Shown: positions 1-8,800, counted from the stretch's first letter. The stretch: DNA of 37,572 nucleotides from Patescibacteria group bacterium UBA4787 (GCA_002402995.1 DHGX01000003.1:148309-185880), one strand, 5' to 3'. The notes: generated by a model from the letters alone, not told the origin. Translations and numbers: made by a program.

Positions 1-177
1 ACTAGAAGCGCGTAAGTTTTATATTCTACCTGCCCGACTTCGCCTTGACGACAAAATTGATAATTTAATAATATTATTCAAAAATTCTTTAATTAAAAAT
101 TAATATTCACTAGTTAATTTAATCAGCGAAGTCAAGGCGGGCGGGAATTTTAATTTTAAACTTTAAATTTATTTCTT

Positions 178-1203
178 ATGTATCCTTCGGGCAAAAAAAA
201 TATTATTGTAACTGGCGGAGCCGGTTTTTTGGGTTCTCATTTGTGCGACCTTCTCGCTAAAGATAATAACGTTATTTGCCTTGATAGTTTTATCGGTGGC
301 AATATTTATAATATTGATCAGTTGTTGCAAAATCCAAATTTTCGTTTTATCAAACATGATATTAACCAACCTGTCGATCTCGAAAATATCTCGGAGCTTA
401 AAGAATTCAAGATTAAATTTCAAGGCATTCAAGAAATTTATCATTTGGCTTGCCCGACTTCGGCAAAGAAATTTATGGAACTGCGTCTCGAAACTCTTTG
501 GACTAACAGCATTGGGACGATTAATGTTTTGGAAATCGCCAAGAAATATAAATCTAAACTTCTTTTTACCTCGTCCGCGGTAATTTATGGTCCGCGCCAT
601 TCGGATAATCCTTATTTTAAAGAAACAGATTTTGGTATGGTTAATTGCACTAGTCCGCGCGCTTGTTATGACGAAGGAAAACGTTTTTCAGAGACAGTCG
701 TTACTACTTATAAAGAAATGTATAAGTTGGATACAAAGATTGTTAGAATTTTTAGAACTTATGGTCCACGCATGCCTCTTTTTGACGGTCAAATGGTGGC
801 AGATTTTGTTCTGCAGGCGCTTAATAATAAGCCGCTTATTATCTATGGCGATGATAGTTTTTCTTCTTCTTTCTGTTATGCGGGCGACGTAATTCAGGCG
901 ATGATATTAATGATGGGCTCGGCTGAATCGGGTCCGTTTAATATCGGCGCGCCGGATGCTTACAAGATGTCAGATTTAGCAAAAAAGATCATCAAATTAA
1001 CCAACTCAAACTCAGAGGTTGTTTTTGAAGATCCGATACTTTTTATGACGCCTATGGGTTTGCCCGATATAACTTCAGCAAAAAATAAAATTGGCTGGTT
1101 TCCGCTCGTTTCTTTGGATGACGGTTTAAAAAAGACCGTTGAACATATCAAGGTTCGCAGAATGATGCTTGATCCATTTTTAGGTTATTACAAAAAGGAG
1201 TAG
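178..1203 (+). CDS. NAD-dependent epimerase/dehydratase, UDP-glucuronate decarboxylase (UXS)-like extended SDR
   Basis: TGGAGFLGSH Rossmann motif, HLACP, YDEGKR catalytic YxxxK, RIFRTYGPRM. Confidence 0.9.
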   Translation: MYPSGKKNIIVTGGAGFLGSHLCDLLAKDNNVICLDSFIGGNIYNIDQLLQNPNFRFIKHDINQPVDLENISELKEFKIKFQGIQEIYHLACPTSAKKFMELRLETLWTNSIGTINVLEIAKKYKSKLLFTSSAVIYGPRHSDNPYFKETDFGMVNCTSPRACYDEGKRFSETVVTTYKEMYKLDTKIVRIFRTYGPRMPLFDGQMVADFVLQALNNKPLIIYGDDSFSSSFCYAGDVIQAMILMMGSAESGPFNIGAPDAYKMSDLAKKIIKLTNSNSEVVFEDPILFMTPMGLPDITSAKNKIGWFPLVSLDDGLKKTVEHIKVRRMMLDPFLGYYKKE

Positions 1204-1334
1204 GGCGACGGAATTTAGAATAGAGAATATGGAATTTAGAATTATGAATTACGAATTGAAAATATCTAAACCCGAAGCTTGTTTTATTTAATAAATTTTG
1301 ATTTTTGACTTCTAACTTTTGAATTATTAATCGT

Positions 1335-1673
1335 ATGTTGCTTATTCAAATTATAATTTCTCTAGCCGTCATTTTTTTTATTTTTAGACTTGTTTCTAAA
1401 TTTAGAGCAAAATCAATCGGTGTAGGCGGTTTGTTGTTCTGGTTGGTTGTTTGGTTCGCTGGCCTTATTGTTGTATTGTATCCGAACTTAACAGTTCAGT
1501 TCGCTCATTTAGTCGGCGTTGGCCGCGGCGTCGACGTAGTGATTTATGTGGCGATTATTCTTATTTTTTATTTTATTTTTTATCTAATTTTAAAGATCAG
1601 GAAAATAGAACAACAAATTGCTATCTTAGTGCGTAAGATCGCCATCAAGGAAAGCGAAGAAGAAAAATTTTAA
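1335..1673 (+). CDS. DUF2304-like small membrane protein
   Basis: Three hydrophobic segments, LVGVGRGVD motif, C-terminal IEQQIAILVRKIAI. Confidence 0.75.
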   Translation: MLLIQIIISLAVIFFIFRLVSKFRAKSIGVGGLLFWLVVWFAGLIVVLYPNLTVQFAHLVGVGRGVDVVIYVAIILIFYFIFYLILKIRKIEQQIAILVRKIAIKESEEEKF

Positions 1674-1683
1674 TTTTACATTT

Positions 1684-2283
1684 ATGGAAGGTGGTTTTAA
1701 AAAAAACATAGTATCATTTTTCCGTTTGCCAGCTGTTGAATTTATTTTTGATATTGCCAAGTTAGTGGTTTTAGCCATTATTGTGGTTTGGCCAATCCAC
1801 AAATTTATCATGCAGCCTTTTATCGTTTTGCAATCCTCTATGGAGCCGAGCTTCTTTGAGAGAGATTATTTGATTATTGACGAAATTAGCTATCGTTTTA
1901 TTGTTCCGGAAAGAGGAGAGGTAATTGTTTTCGTCTCACCCGAAGAAAATGACGATAAGTTGATTAAAAGAGTTGTCGGTTTGCCGAACGAGAAAGTTTC
2001 TATAAACAATGGCGATGTTATAATTTTTAATAAGACTCATCCTCGGGGCGTGCGTTTAGATGAATCGGTCTATTTATCGCCAGGCTTGACCACTAAAGGA
2101 GAAATCGATGTTCAGCTTAAGAGCGATGAATATTTCGTGATGGGCGATAATCGAAGCGTCAGTTTGGATTCGCGAACTTTTGGCCCCATTAAAGCAAAAT
2201 CTATGGTGGGTCGCGCTTTGTTCAGATTGTATCCATTTAACAAAATCGTAAAATTTTCTCCACAAATTTATCCTAATTTATAA
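1684..2283 (+). CDS. lepB: Signal peptidase I
   Basis: TM anchor, SSMEP (catalytic Ser), LIKRVVGLP (catalytic Lys), GDNRxxSxDSRxFG. Confidence 0.95.
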   Translation: MEGGFKKNIVSFFRLPAVEFIFDIAKLVVLAIIVVWPIHKFIMQPFIVLQSSMEPSFFERDYLIIDEISYRFIVPERGEVIVFVSPEENDDKLIKRVVGLPNEKVSINNGDVIIFNKTHPRGVRLDESVYLSPGLTTKGEIDVQLKSDEYFVMGDNRSVSLDSRTFGPIKAKSMVGRALFRLYPFNKIVKFSPQIYPNL

Positions 2284-2350
2284 TTGGTGAGCGGGAGCGA
2301 GCCAATTTCACGAGCGAAGCAAGTATAATTTATCATAATTTTAGTTAAAT

Positions 2351-3820
2351 ATGCCCCGTAAAAAAAACAAAAAAATAATTAAAAGAAAAAAAGAAGCAAT
2401 TAAAAAGAAAAAAGCAGTTTCTGTTAAAGACAAAGAACTTCGAGCGATTAAGAACGAGAAATACGTCGCCCATCTTTTGAGGGGAATGAGGGATATCTTG
2501 CCAGCAGACCAGACTTATTGGGATTTTGTTAATAATCGGGCAAAATCTATCGCCGCGGCTTACGGTTTTGAGAGAATTGAAACACCAATCTTAGAAGATT
2601 ATAATTTATTTGAAAGAGGTACGGGTATGACTTCCGAAGTGGTAGAAAAACAGATGTACGATTTTATTGATAAGGGAGGAGAACATGTTTGTTGCCGACC
2701 CGAAGGCACGCCTGGCGCAGTCCGCGCATATATTGAACACGGTATGTTTAATCTGCCCCAACCGATAAAATTTTATTATTGCGGGCCGATGTTTAGGCAC
2801 GAGAAACCGCAGGCTGGACGTTTACGACAACTCCATCAATTCGGAGTTGAAGTTGTTGGTTCGGAAAAACCGATTATTGACGCGCAAGTTATTATATTCT
2901 CACGCGCTTTTTGCGAAAACTTAGGATTAGATCCAGTTATCGAAATTAATAGCATCGGTTGTCCTACTTGCCGCAAGGTTTATAGGAGAAAATTAAATGA
3001 GTATTTTAAATTTAGAAGAAAACAGCTTTGCCCTGATTGTCAACGTCGTTTAGAAACTAATCCTTTAAGGATTTTGGACTGCAAAGGGAAAGAATGTCAA
3101 GAATTAAGCAAAAAAATTCCTCAAATTATTGATTATCTTTGCCCTGATTGCCATAACCACCTTACTCGTGTTCTGGAGTATTTAGACGAAGCCGAGACTC
3201 CTTATGAATTGAATCATCGAATTGTCCGAGGATTAGACTATTATACTAGGACTGTTTTTGAGGTTTTTGTCCGTCGCCCCAAAGTTGAATCACAGTTAGA
3301 ACCTTTTTTATCTTCCGCCGAACAAGAAGATTTGGAAGAAACCCAAGGGCTAAAGGCGTCCCCACTCGCGCCCACTCAAGAGGGACCGAGACTGGCAATC
3401 GGTGGCGGGGGACGATACGACAATTTGGTTGAAACGTTGGGCGGTAAACCTGCGCCATCCTGCGGTATGGCTTTCGGATTAGATCGAATTATTGAAGAAT
3501 TAAAAATACAAAACATTAAACTGCCTAAGGTGCATGGTCCGCAAGTATTTATTGCTCAATTAGGAGATATGGCCAGACAAAAAGCTCTTAAAATATTCGA
3601 AGTTTTAAGAAAAGATGGTTTTCGCGTCGCTGAAAATTTTAGCAAAGATAGTCTACGCGCGCAATTAGAAAGCGCTCATCGTTTGGGGACAAAATTATGC
3701 CTAATTATCGGCCACCAAGAGGTGCTCAATAATACCGTTATTATTAGAGATATGTTAAGCGGGTCACAGGAAGTTGTCGACCAAGATAAAATTGCCAAAG
3801 AATTGCATAAAAAGATATAA
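2351..3820 (+). CDS. hisS: Histidine--tRNA ligase with Lys-rich N-terminal extension
   Basis: RGMRDILP, RPEGT, FRHEKPQAGRLRQ, RGLDYY, GGGRYD, anticodon-binding C-terminal domain. Confidence 0.97.
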   Translation: MPRKKNKKIIKRKKEAIKKKKAVSVKDKELRAIKNEKYVAHLLRGMRDILPADQTYWDFVNNRAKSIAAAYGFERIETPILEDYNLFERGTGMTSEVVEKQMYDFIDKGGEHVCCRPEGTPGAVRAYIEHGMFNLPQPIKFYYCGPMFRHEKPQAGRLRQLHQFGVEVVGSEKPIIDAQVIIFSRAFCENLGLDPVIEINSIGCPTCRKVYRRKLNEYFKFRRKQLCPDCQRRLETNPLRILDCKGKECQELSKKIPQIIDYLCPDCHNHLTRVLEYLDEAETPYELNHRIVRGLDYYTRTVFEVFVRRPKVESQLEPFLSSAEQEDLEETQGLKASPLAPTQEGPRLAIGGGGRYDNLVETLGGKPAPSCGMAFGLDRIIEELKIQNIKLPKVHGPQVFIAQLGDMARQKALKIFEVLRKDGFRVAENFSKDSLRAQLESAHRLGTKLCLIIGHQEVLNNTVIIRDMLSGSQEVVDQDKIAKELHKKI

Positions 3821-3841
3821 TAATCATTTGTAAATAAAGTT

Positions 3842-4147
3842 ATGCCCCGTAATACAACTTCCAGAATGTTCTTCTTCGTTTATGTCCTCCAAAGTCTCAA
3901 AGACAACAAGTTGTATATTGGTTATACTAACAATCTCAAGCAACGAATCGAAGAACATCAAAAGGGTAAATCTTTTTCAACCAAATTCAGATTGCCTTTT
4001 CAGCTTATTTATTTCGAGGGCGGTCTTGACGAAAATGACGCCAAGCGCCGCGAAGGTTATCTAAAAACCACCCAAGGACGTCGATTCCTTGGTCTAAGAT
4101 TAATCCAGTATCAACGTCTTAAAAAGGCGCTTGCGGCTGGAAGATGA
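3842..4147 (+). CDS. Stand-alone GIY-YIG nuclease family protein
   Basis: FVYVLQS...LYIGYTNNLKQRIEEH...AKRRE. Confidence 0.92.
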   Translation: MPRNTTSRMFFFVYVLQSLKDNKLYIGYTNNLKQRIEEHQKGKSFSTKFRLPFQLIYFEGGLDENDAKRREGYLKTTQGRRFLGLRLIQYQRLKKALAAGR

Positions 4148-4156
4148 TATACGGGG
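3845..4156 (+). mobile_element. Family A start-codon element, copy A1 (312 bp), carries GIY-YIG ORF
   Basis: TATG(3841-44)|CCCCGTAATACAACTTCCAG...CTGGAAGATGATATACGGGG|TATG(4157-60); same termini at three other sites. Confidence 0.85.
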
Positions 4157-4157
4157 T

Positions 4158-5480
4158 ATGCCTATTCAGCAAATTTATAAAAGAGATGGATCGTTGGTTC
4201 CTTTTGATAGATTTAAGATTTTGCGCGCTATTCATAAATCTTTTATGGAGGTCGGCGAGGGTAGCGTCGAGTTAAGCGAAAAACTTTGCAATCAGGTGAT
4301 AGATATTTTAGAAAATAATTTTCCTTCCGATATTCCCGCGGTCGAGGAAATTCAGGATACTATCGAGAGGACGCTTATTAACGATGGCCATAATAATATT
4401 GCTCAAGCCTTTGTTGTTTATCGCCAAAAAAGAAAAGAAATCCGCGAGAAACAAGAATGTGGCTTGATTGAGAATATTCCTTATAAAAATATTTGGAATG
4501 GTCTCATCTGGAGCTTAGATCATTCCTGCGAAACCATTAATAAATTAAATGCTCATATAAAAAACGGCACTTATCCTCAATTAGTTAAAGACGCGGAAGG
4601 TGTGTACGAGCAAGAGCTTGATAAAATCGTTGCAAATATTTTAAAAAAAAGAGACGTAATAAGGATGATTATTGTTTCTGGGCCTTCTTCGTCGGGTAAA
4701 ACTACTACAACTGAACGTTTGGCAGAAAAGCTAAAAACACACAATATTGAGTTGGTTAAATTAACTGTGGATAATTATTTTAAAGGACTCAATTCTTATT
4801 TAAAAGACGGACATGGTGATTATGATTTTGAGGGGCCAGAGGCCCTAGATTTGCCGCTTATCAATGAACATCTCGCCAAATTAATAAAAGGAGAGACTAT
4901 TCAAGTTCCTCGTTATGATTTTAAGACCGGTTATCGAGAGAAGGGAACGGATCCGCTCCGAATTAAAGAGAATCAGTTTATTTTGATTGATTCTCATTTC
5001 GGACTCTATGATAAATTAACCGAGAGCATACCGACTAATTTTAAATTCGGTCTATATTTAGAAACTTTGTGCCAACTGAGAATGTCGAACGGTCGATTTG
5101 TTCGTTGGACTGACATTCGAATGTTGAGACGGATGATCAGGGATATGCAATACAGGGCATATGATCCTAAAAAAACCGCAGGGCATTGGCATTATGTGCG
5201 TCGTGGCGAACTCAAGAATTTAATTCCTTATATTACGAAAGCCAATTATATTGTAAATACATCTCTACCATATGAATTGCCGATATTAAAACATAAGCTT
5301 TTTAAATATTTCCCAGATATAATTCAAGCTTATAAAGACGACCAGGGAAGACAAGACGCTTATATTCGCGCGCAACGCGTTTATGATTTATTATCAACTA
5401 TTGAAATTTGGTCCGACGAATCAGTTGTTCCGCAACAGTCGCTTTTAAGAGAATTTATCGGTGGAGGAATTTATCATTGA
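4158..5480 (+). CDS. ATP-cone domain fused to uridine-kinase-like P-loop protein
   Basis: IYKRDGSLVPFD/VEEIQD ATP cone; GPSSSGKTT Walker A. Start moved from 4131 to ATG 4158 because the upstream codons (EDDIRG) are element terminus. Confidence 0.85.
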   Translation: MPIQQIYKRDGSLVPFDRFKILRAIHKSFMEVGEGSVELSEKLCNQVIDILENNFPSDIPAVEEIQDTIERTLINDGHNNIAQAFVVYRQKRKEIREKQECGLIENIPYKNIWNGLIWSLDHSCETINKLNAHIKNGTYPQLVKDAEGVYEQELDKIVANILKKRDVIRMIIVSGPSSSGKTTTTERLAEKLKTHNIELVKLTVDNYFKGLNSYLKDGHGDYDFEGPEALDLPLINEHLAKLIKGETIQVPRYDFKTGYREKGTDPLRIKENQFILIDSHFGLYDKLTESIPTNFKFGLYLETLCQLRMSNGRFVRWTDIRMLRRMIRDMQYRAYDPKKTAGHWHYVRRGELKNLIPYITKANYIVNTSLPYELPILKHKLFKYFPDIIQAYKDDQGRQDAYIRAQRVYDLLSTIEIWSDESVVPQQSLLREFIGGGIYH

Positions 5481-5508
5481 ATCTAGTTTAAATTAAATAG
5501 ATAAATAT

Positions 5509-5835
5509 ATGTGCATATTCTGCGACATTGTTAACGGTCGTATATCCAAAGAATTTGTTTATCAAGATGAAGACATAGCGGCGTTTTATGATATTAATCC
5601 TCAAGCGCTTGTTCATATCTTAATTATTCCCAAAAAACACATTGCTTCTTTGAATGAGTTAACCGAGTCGGATAAAAATTTAATGGGCAATATCATTGTA
5701 ACGGCTAAAAAATTAGCCGAACAGCACAAAATCAGTGTTAATGGTTATAAAATCGTGGCAAATTGCGGTCATGATGGCGGGCAGGTGGTTGATCATATAC
5801 ACTTTCATCTACTGGGTGGAGAGCCCTTGCGCTGA
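5509..5835 (+). CDS. HIT-family (histidine triad) nucleotide-binding protein
   Basis: CIFC, DINPQA.VHILIIPKKH, GQVVDHIHFHLLGG. Confidence 0.95.
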   Translation: MCIFCDIVNGRISKEFVYQDEDIAAFYDINPQALVHILIIPKKHIASLNELTESDKNLMGNIIVTAKKLAEQHKISVNGYKIVANCGHDGGQVVDHIHFHLLGGEPLR

Positions 5836-5960
5836 CCTATTTAGACTGTATAATTGGTAACGAGGATGTCAAACAAAAGTCTTCTTTTGATTTGACTCCG
5901 AGCGCCCCAATTTCACGGAGCGAAGCGAGTATAACTATATTAATTAATAAATAAAAATTT

Positions 5961-6170
5961 ATGAGTAATTGGAAAAAATATGCCGGTCTGGGCTTCTTCG
6001 GAGCATTGGCTGGTTTCTTGGCGGGTCTTTTTACCGCCCCTAAGTCGGGTAAAGAACTTCGCGAAGATGTTAAAGAAAAAGCAGAAAATATCAAAGAAGA
6101 AGTCAAAGAAGTAGTTGAAGACATAAAAAGCGAATTAGGAGAAGAGCCAAAATCAGAAGATATTAAATAA
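5961..6170 (+). CDS. YtxH-domain protein
   Basis: GALAGFLAGLFTAPKSGKELR motif. Confidence 0.85.
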   Translation: MSNWKKYAGLGFFGALAGFLAGLFTAPKSGKELREDVKEKAENIKEEVKEVVEDIKSELGEEPKSEDIK

Positions 6171-6178
6171 TTTTTTTA

Positions 6179-6311
6179 CCCCGTTAGAAGTCCTTGTCAG
6201 AAAAATTTCATTAAAATTTTTCTGTACTGGGCAAGCGGGGGTATTTATAAATAATAGTGAAGTTGTCTGAATTTGACCATTTGGTTATATAATGACAGAC
6301 TTCTAACGGGG
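6179..6311. mobile_element. Family C MITE-like element, copy C1 (133 bp)
   Basis: Perfect 14-bp IR CCCCGTTAGAAGTC/GACTTCTAACGGGG flanked by TTTA direct repeat. Confidence 0.8.
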
Positions 6312-6319
6312 TTTACTTT

Positions 6320-6520
6320 ATGGCAAAATTTGTAATTAAGCTTGAACGGGAAAAATGCATTGGTTGTGGTTCTTGCGCTGCCGTGTGTCCGGTTAATTGG
6401 GAATTGAAGGACGACGGCAAGGCTATGCCGATTAATACAGAACTAGAAGATTTGGGCTGCAACCAAACAGCTGTAGAAATTTGTCCGGCTCGATGTATTC
6501 ATATACAACCAGCGCCATAG
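6320..6520 (+). CDS. Ferredoxin (single 4Fe-4S/3Fe-4S cluster type)
   Basis: CIGCGSCAAVCP and C-terminal CP. Confidence 0.92.
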   Translation: MAKFVIKLEREKCIGCGSCAAVCPVNWELKDDGKAMPINTELEDLGCNQTAVEICPARCIHIQPAP

Positions 6521-6554
6521 TTTTTTATAGATATAATTTTTTTAAATTATTATG

Positions 6555-6690
6555 CCCCGTAATACAACTTCGATATGGCCGACTATCGTCGGCCCAAAAT
6601 CAGGGAAAATTTTGTTAGTTTAGATTTATAAACATAAATGTTCACTAAGACCCAAAAAATTATTAAAAATATCGAAGATGATATACGGGG
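6555..6690 (+). mobile_element. Family A start-codon element, copy A2 (136 bp, non-coding)
   Basis: TATG|CCCCGTAATACAACTTCGATAT...ATATCGAAGATGATATACGGGG|TATG of porC; internal hairpin GGCCGAC-tatc-GTCGGCC. Confidence 0.85.
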
Positions 6691-6691
6691 T

Positions 6692-7243
6692 ATGTATGAA
6701 ATTCGTGTCCATGGCCGCGCCGGGCAAGGCGCAAAAACCGTGGCGCAATTTTTAGCAGAAGCAGTTTTAAGGTCTGGAGATTTTGTCCAGGCCTTTCCTT
6801 CTTATGGACCAGAACGAGAGGGCGCGGCCATGGACGCCTTTATTCGGATCGACAAAAAGCCCATCCAAATTCATTCACAGATTTATAATCCGAATATTTT
6901 GGCAATTATTGATCCAACCCTATTGGTCGAAAAAACGATTATCGCTGGCGTGAAGCCGCACGGCGCGATCATCATTAATAGTCAAGCAGATAACCCGCTT
7001 CTTAAAAATATATTGTTCGCTGGCAAGATTTATGTTCTAGACGCCTCGGCTATTGCTAAAAAGCATCTAAAAAAAGATATTCCTAATTTAGTTATTTTAG
7101 GTGTTATTTCCCGAATAATTAATATTCAGACAACAATTATAGAAGACATTATTCGGGAGAAATTTATGTCCAAATTTGGTTCAGAGATGACCGAGGCTAA
7201 CCTGAAAGCCTTTCAAGAAGGCGCGGATATCGCCAAAAAATAA
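6692..7243 (+). CDS. porC: Pyruvate/2-oxoacid:ferredoxin oxidoreductase gamma subunit
   Basis: MYEIRVHGRAGQG, YGPEREGA; start moved from 6638 to 6692. Confidence 0.9.
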   Translation: MYEIRVHGRAGQGAKTVAQFLAEAVLRSGDFVQAFPSYGPEREGAAMDAFIRIDKKPIQIHSQIYNPNILAIIDPTLLVEKTIIAGVKPHGAIIINSQADNPLLKNILFAGKIYVLDASAIAKKHLKKDIPNLVILGVISRIINIQTTIIEDIIREKFMSKFGSEMTEANLKAFQEGADIAKK

Positions 7244-7252
7244 TTTATTTTT

Positions 7253-7549
7253 ATGTCTAAGAATAGAAATATTAAAACAAGAAAAATCAAAATTAATCCG
7301 GGCGCTATTTTAAAAAGCGATGGCTCGGCGAAGTTTTATCATACTGGTTCTTGGAGGAATCAGAGACCAGAAGTAGATTTTAAAAAATGCATTCAATGTT
7401 TAATGTGCGCTAATTATTGTCCGGAGGATTGCATCCCGGTTGTAAATGACAAGCGCCAACAAACCGATTTAAATTATTGTAAGGGCTGCGGCATCTGCGC
7501 AGCTATTTGCCCGGTTAAGGCAATTAATATGAAGAGGAGTAGGAAATAA
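7253..7549 (+). CDS. porD: Pyruvate/2-oxoacid:ferredoxin oxidoreductase delta subunit
   Basis: TGSWRxxRP, two CxxCxxCxxxCP motifs. Confidence 0.92.
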   Translation: MSKNRNIKTRKIKINPGAILKSDGSAKFYHTGSWRNQRPEVDFKKCIQCLMCANYCPEDCIPVVNDKRQQTDLNYCKGCGICAAICPVKAINMKRSRK

Positions 7550-7563
7550 TTATTAATCAAGCC

Positions 7564-8748
7564 ATGATAACCAAAAGCAAAAAAACAGAAGTAGTTTTTA
7601 CCGGTGCCGAAGCAGCGGCCATGGCTATGAAACAAATAAATCCAGGCGTAATTTCTATTTATCCGATTACGCCGCAAACCTATATTGCTGAAAATATTTC
7701 TAAGTTTGTGGCTGATGGCGAAATGGACACAGAACAAATTAATGTTGAATCAGAACATTCGGCTCTTTCTGCCGTGGCCGGCGCCGAAGCAGCCGGCGTA
7801 AGGGCGATGACTGCCACTTCCTCGCAAGGATTAGCGCTAATGTGGGAAATTTTATCCGTAGTTTCCGGTTTGAGGCTACCGGTAGTCATGAATGTCGTTA
7901 ATCGCGCTTTATCAGCCCCGATTAATATTCACGCCGATCATTCTGATGTTATGGGTAGCCGCGATTTGGGCTGGATTCAAATTTTTTCGGAAAATCCGCA
8001 AGAAGTTTACGATCATACGTTTTTAGCTCTGAAATTAGCCGAGAACAAAGACATACTTTTGCCGGTGATGGTTTGCCAAGATGGTTTTATCACCAGCCAT
8101 TGTTCGGAAAATATGCGCGTTTTACCGGACACAATTGTTAAAAAATTTATCGGTGAATATACGCCAACCAATAGATTATTAGACGTTAATAATCCAATCA
8201 CGGTTGGTCCTTTGGTTTTACCCGATTATTTTTTAGAGATTAAAAAAATGCAATCAGAAGCGATTTTAAATGCGTTAAAAATTTATTTAAAAATTATTAA
8301 AGAATTAAGCGCATTAACCGGTCGTTCTTATGATTATTTTGAAGAATATAAAACTAAAGACGCTAAAGCGGTTATTGTCGTTATGTCTTCATCCGCGGGC
8401 ACAGCGCGTCAGGCGGTTGATGAGTTGCGCCAAAAAGGACTAAAGGTGGGATTAATAAAAATTAGATTATTCCGTCCATTCCCTTATGAGGCAATCGCTA
8501 AAATTTTACAAAATATCAAAATTATCGGAGTTCTGGACAGGGCCGAAAGCTTGGGCGCGCAACCGCCTTTGAGCGCAGAGATAAAAAATTCTCTCTATGG
8601 ACGAAAATCAATGCCCATTATAAAAAATTATATTTATGGTTTGGGCGGCCGTGATTTGACCGTTGAACAAACCAAAGATGTTTATAAGAGTTTACTTGAA
8701 CAGAAACAGCAAAAAAATTCAATTGAATATATCGGTCTTAACACATAA
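7564..8748 (+). CDS. porA: Pyruvate/2-oxoacid:ferredoxin oxidoreductase alpha subunit
   Basis: YPITPQT, ESEHSA, TATSSQGL, DGFITSH, FRPFP. Confidence 0.93.
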   Translation: MITKSKKTEVVFTGAEAAAMAMKQINPGVISIYPITPQTYIAENISKFVADGEMDTEQINVESEHSALSAVAGAEAAGVRAMTATSSQGLALMWEILSVVSGLRLPVVMNVVNRALSAPINIHADHSDVMGSRDLGWIQIFSENPQEVYDHTFLALKLAENKDILLPVMVCQDGFITSHCSENMRVLPDTIVKKFIGEYTPTNRLLDVNNPITVGPLVLPDYFLEIKKMQSEAILNALKIYLKIIKELSALTGRSYDYFEEYKTKDAKAVIVVMSSSAGTARQAVDELRQKGLKVGLIKIRLFRPFPYEAIAKILQNIKIIGVLDRAESLGAQPPLSAEIKNSLYGRKSMPIIKNYIYGLGGRDLTVEQTKDVYKSLLEQKQQKNSIEYIGLNT

Positions 8749-8800
8749 CACATAACACATAACACATAACCCATAAAACCCATAACCCATAACTTATAAT
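8739..8800 (+). repeat. Tandem heptamer (TAACACA/TAACCCA) array across the porA stop
   Basis: taacaca x4 then taaccca variants, read directly. Confidence 0.85.

Noticed and set aside
3845-4156. Group I/II or bulge-helix-bulge intron
   Set aside because: No catalytic core motifs recognised, and the terminal mismatches do not form 3-4-3 BHB geometry.
4131-4157. N-terminal extensions ending EDDIRG on three ORFs (4131, 6638, 36741)
   Set aside because: They are read-through of the element's right IR; family homology begins at ATG 4158, 6692 and 36876.
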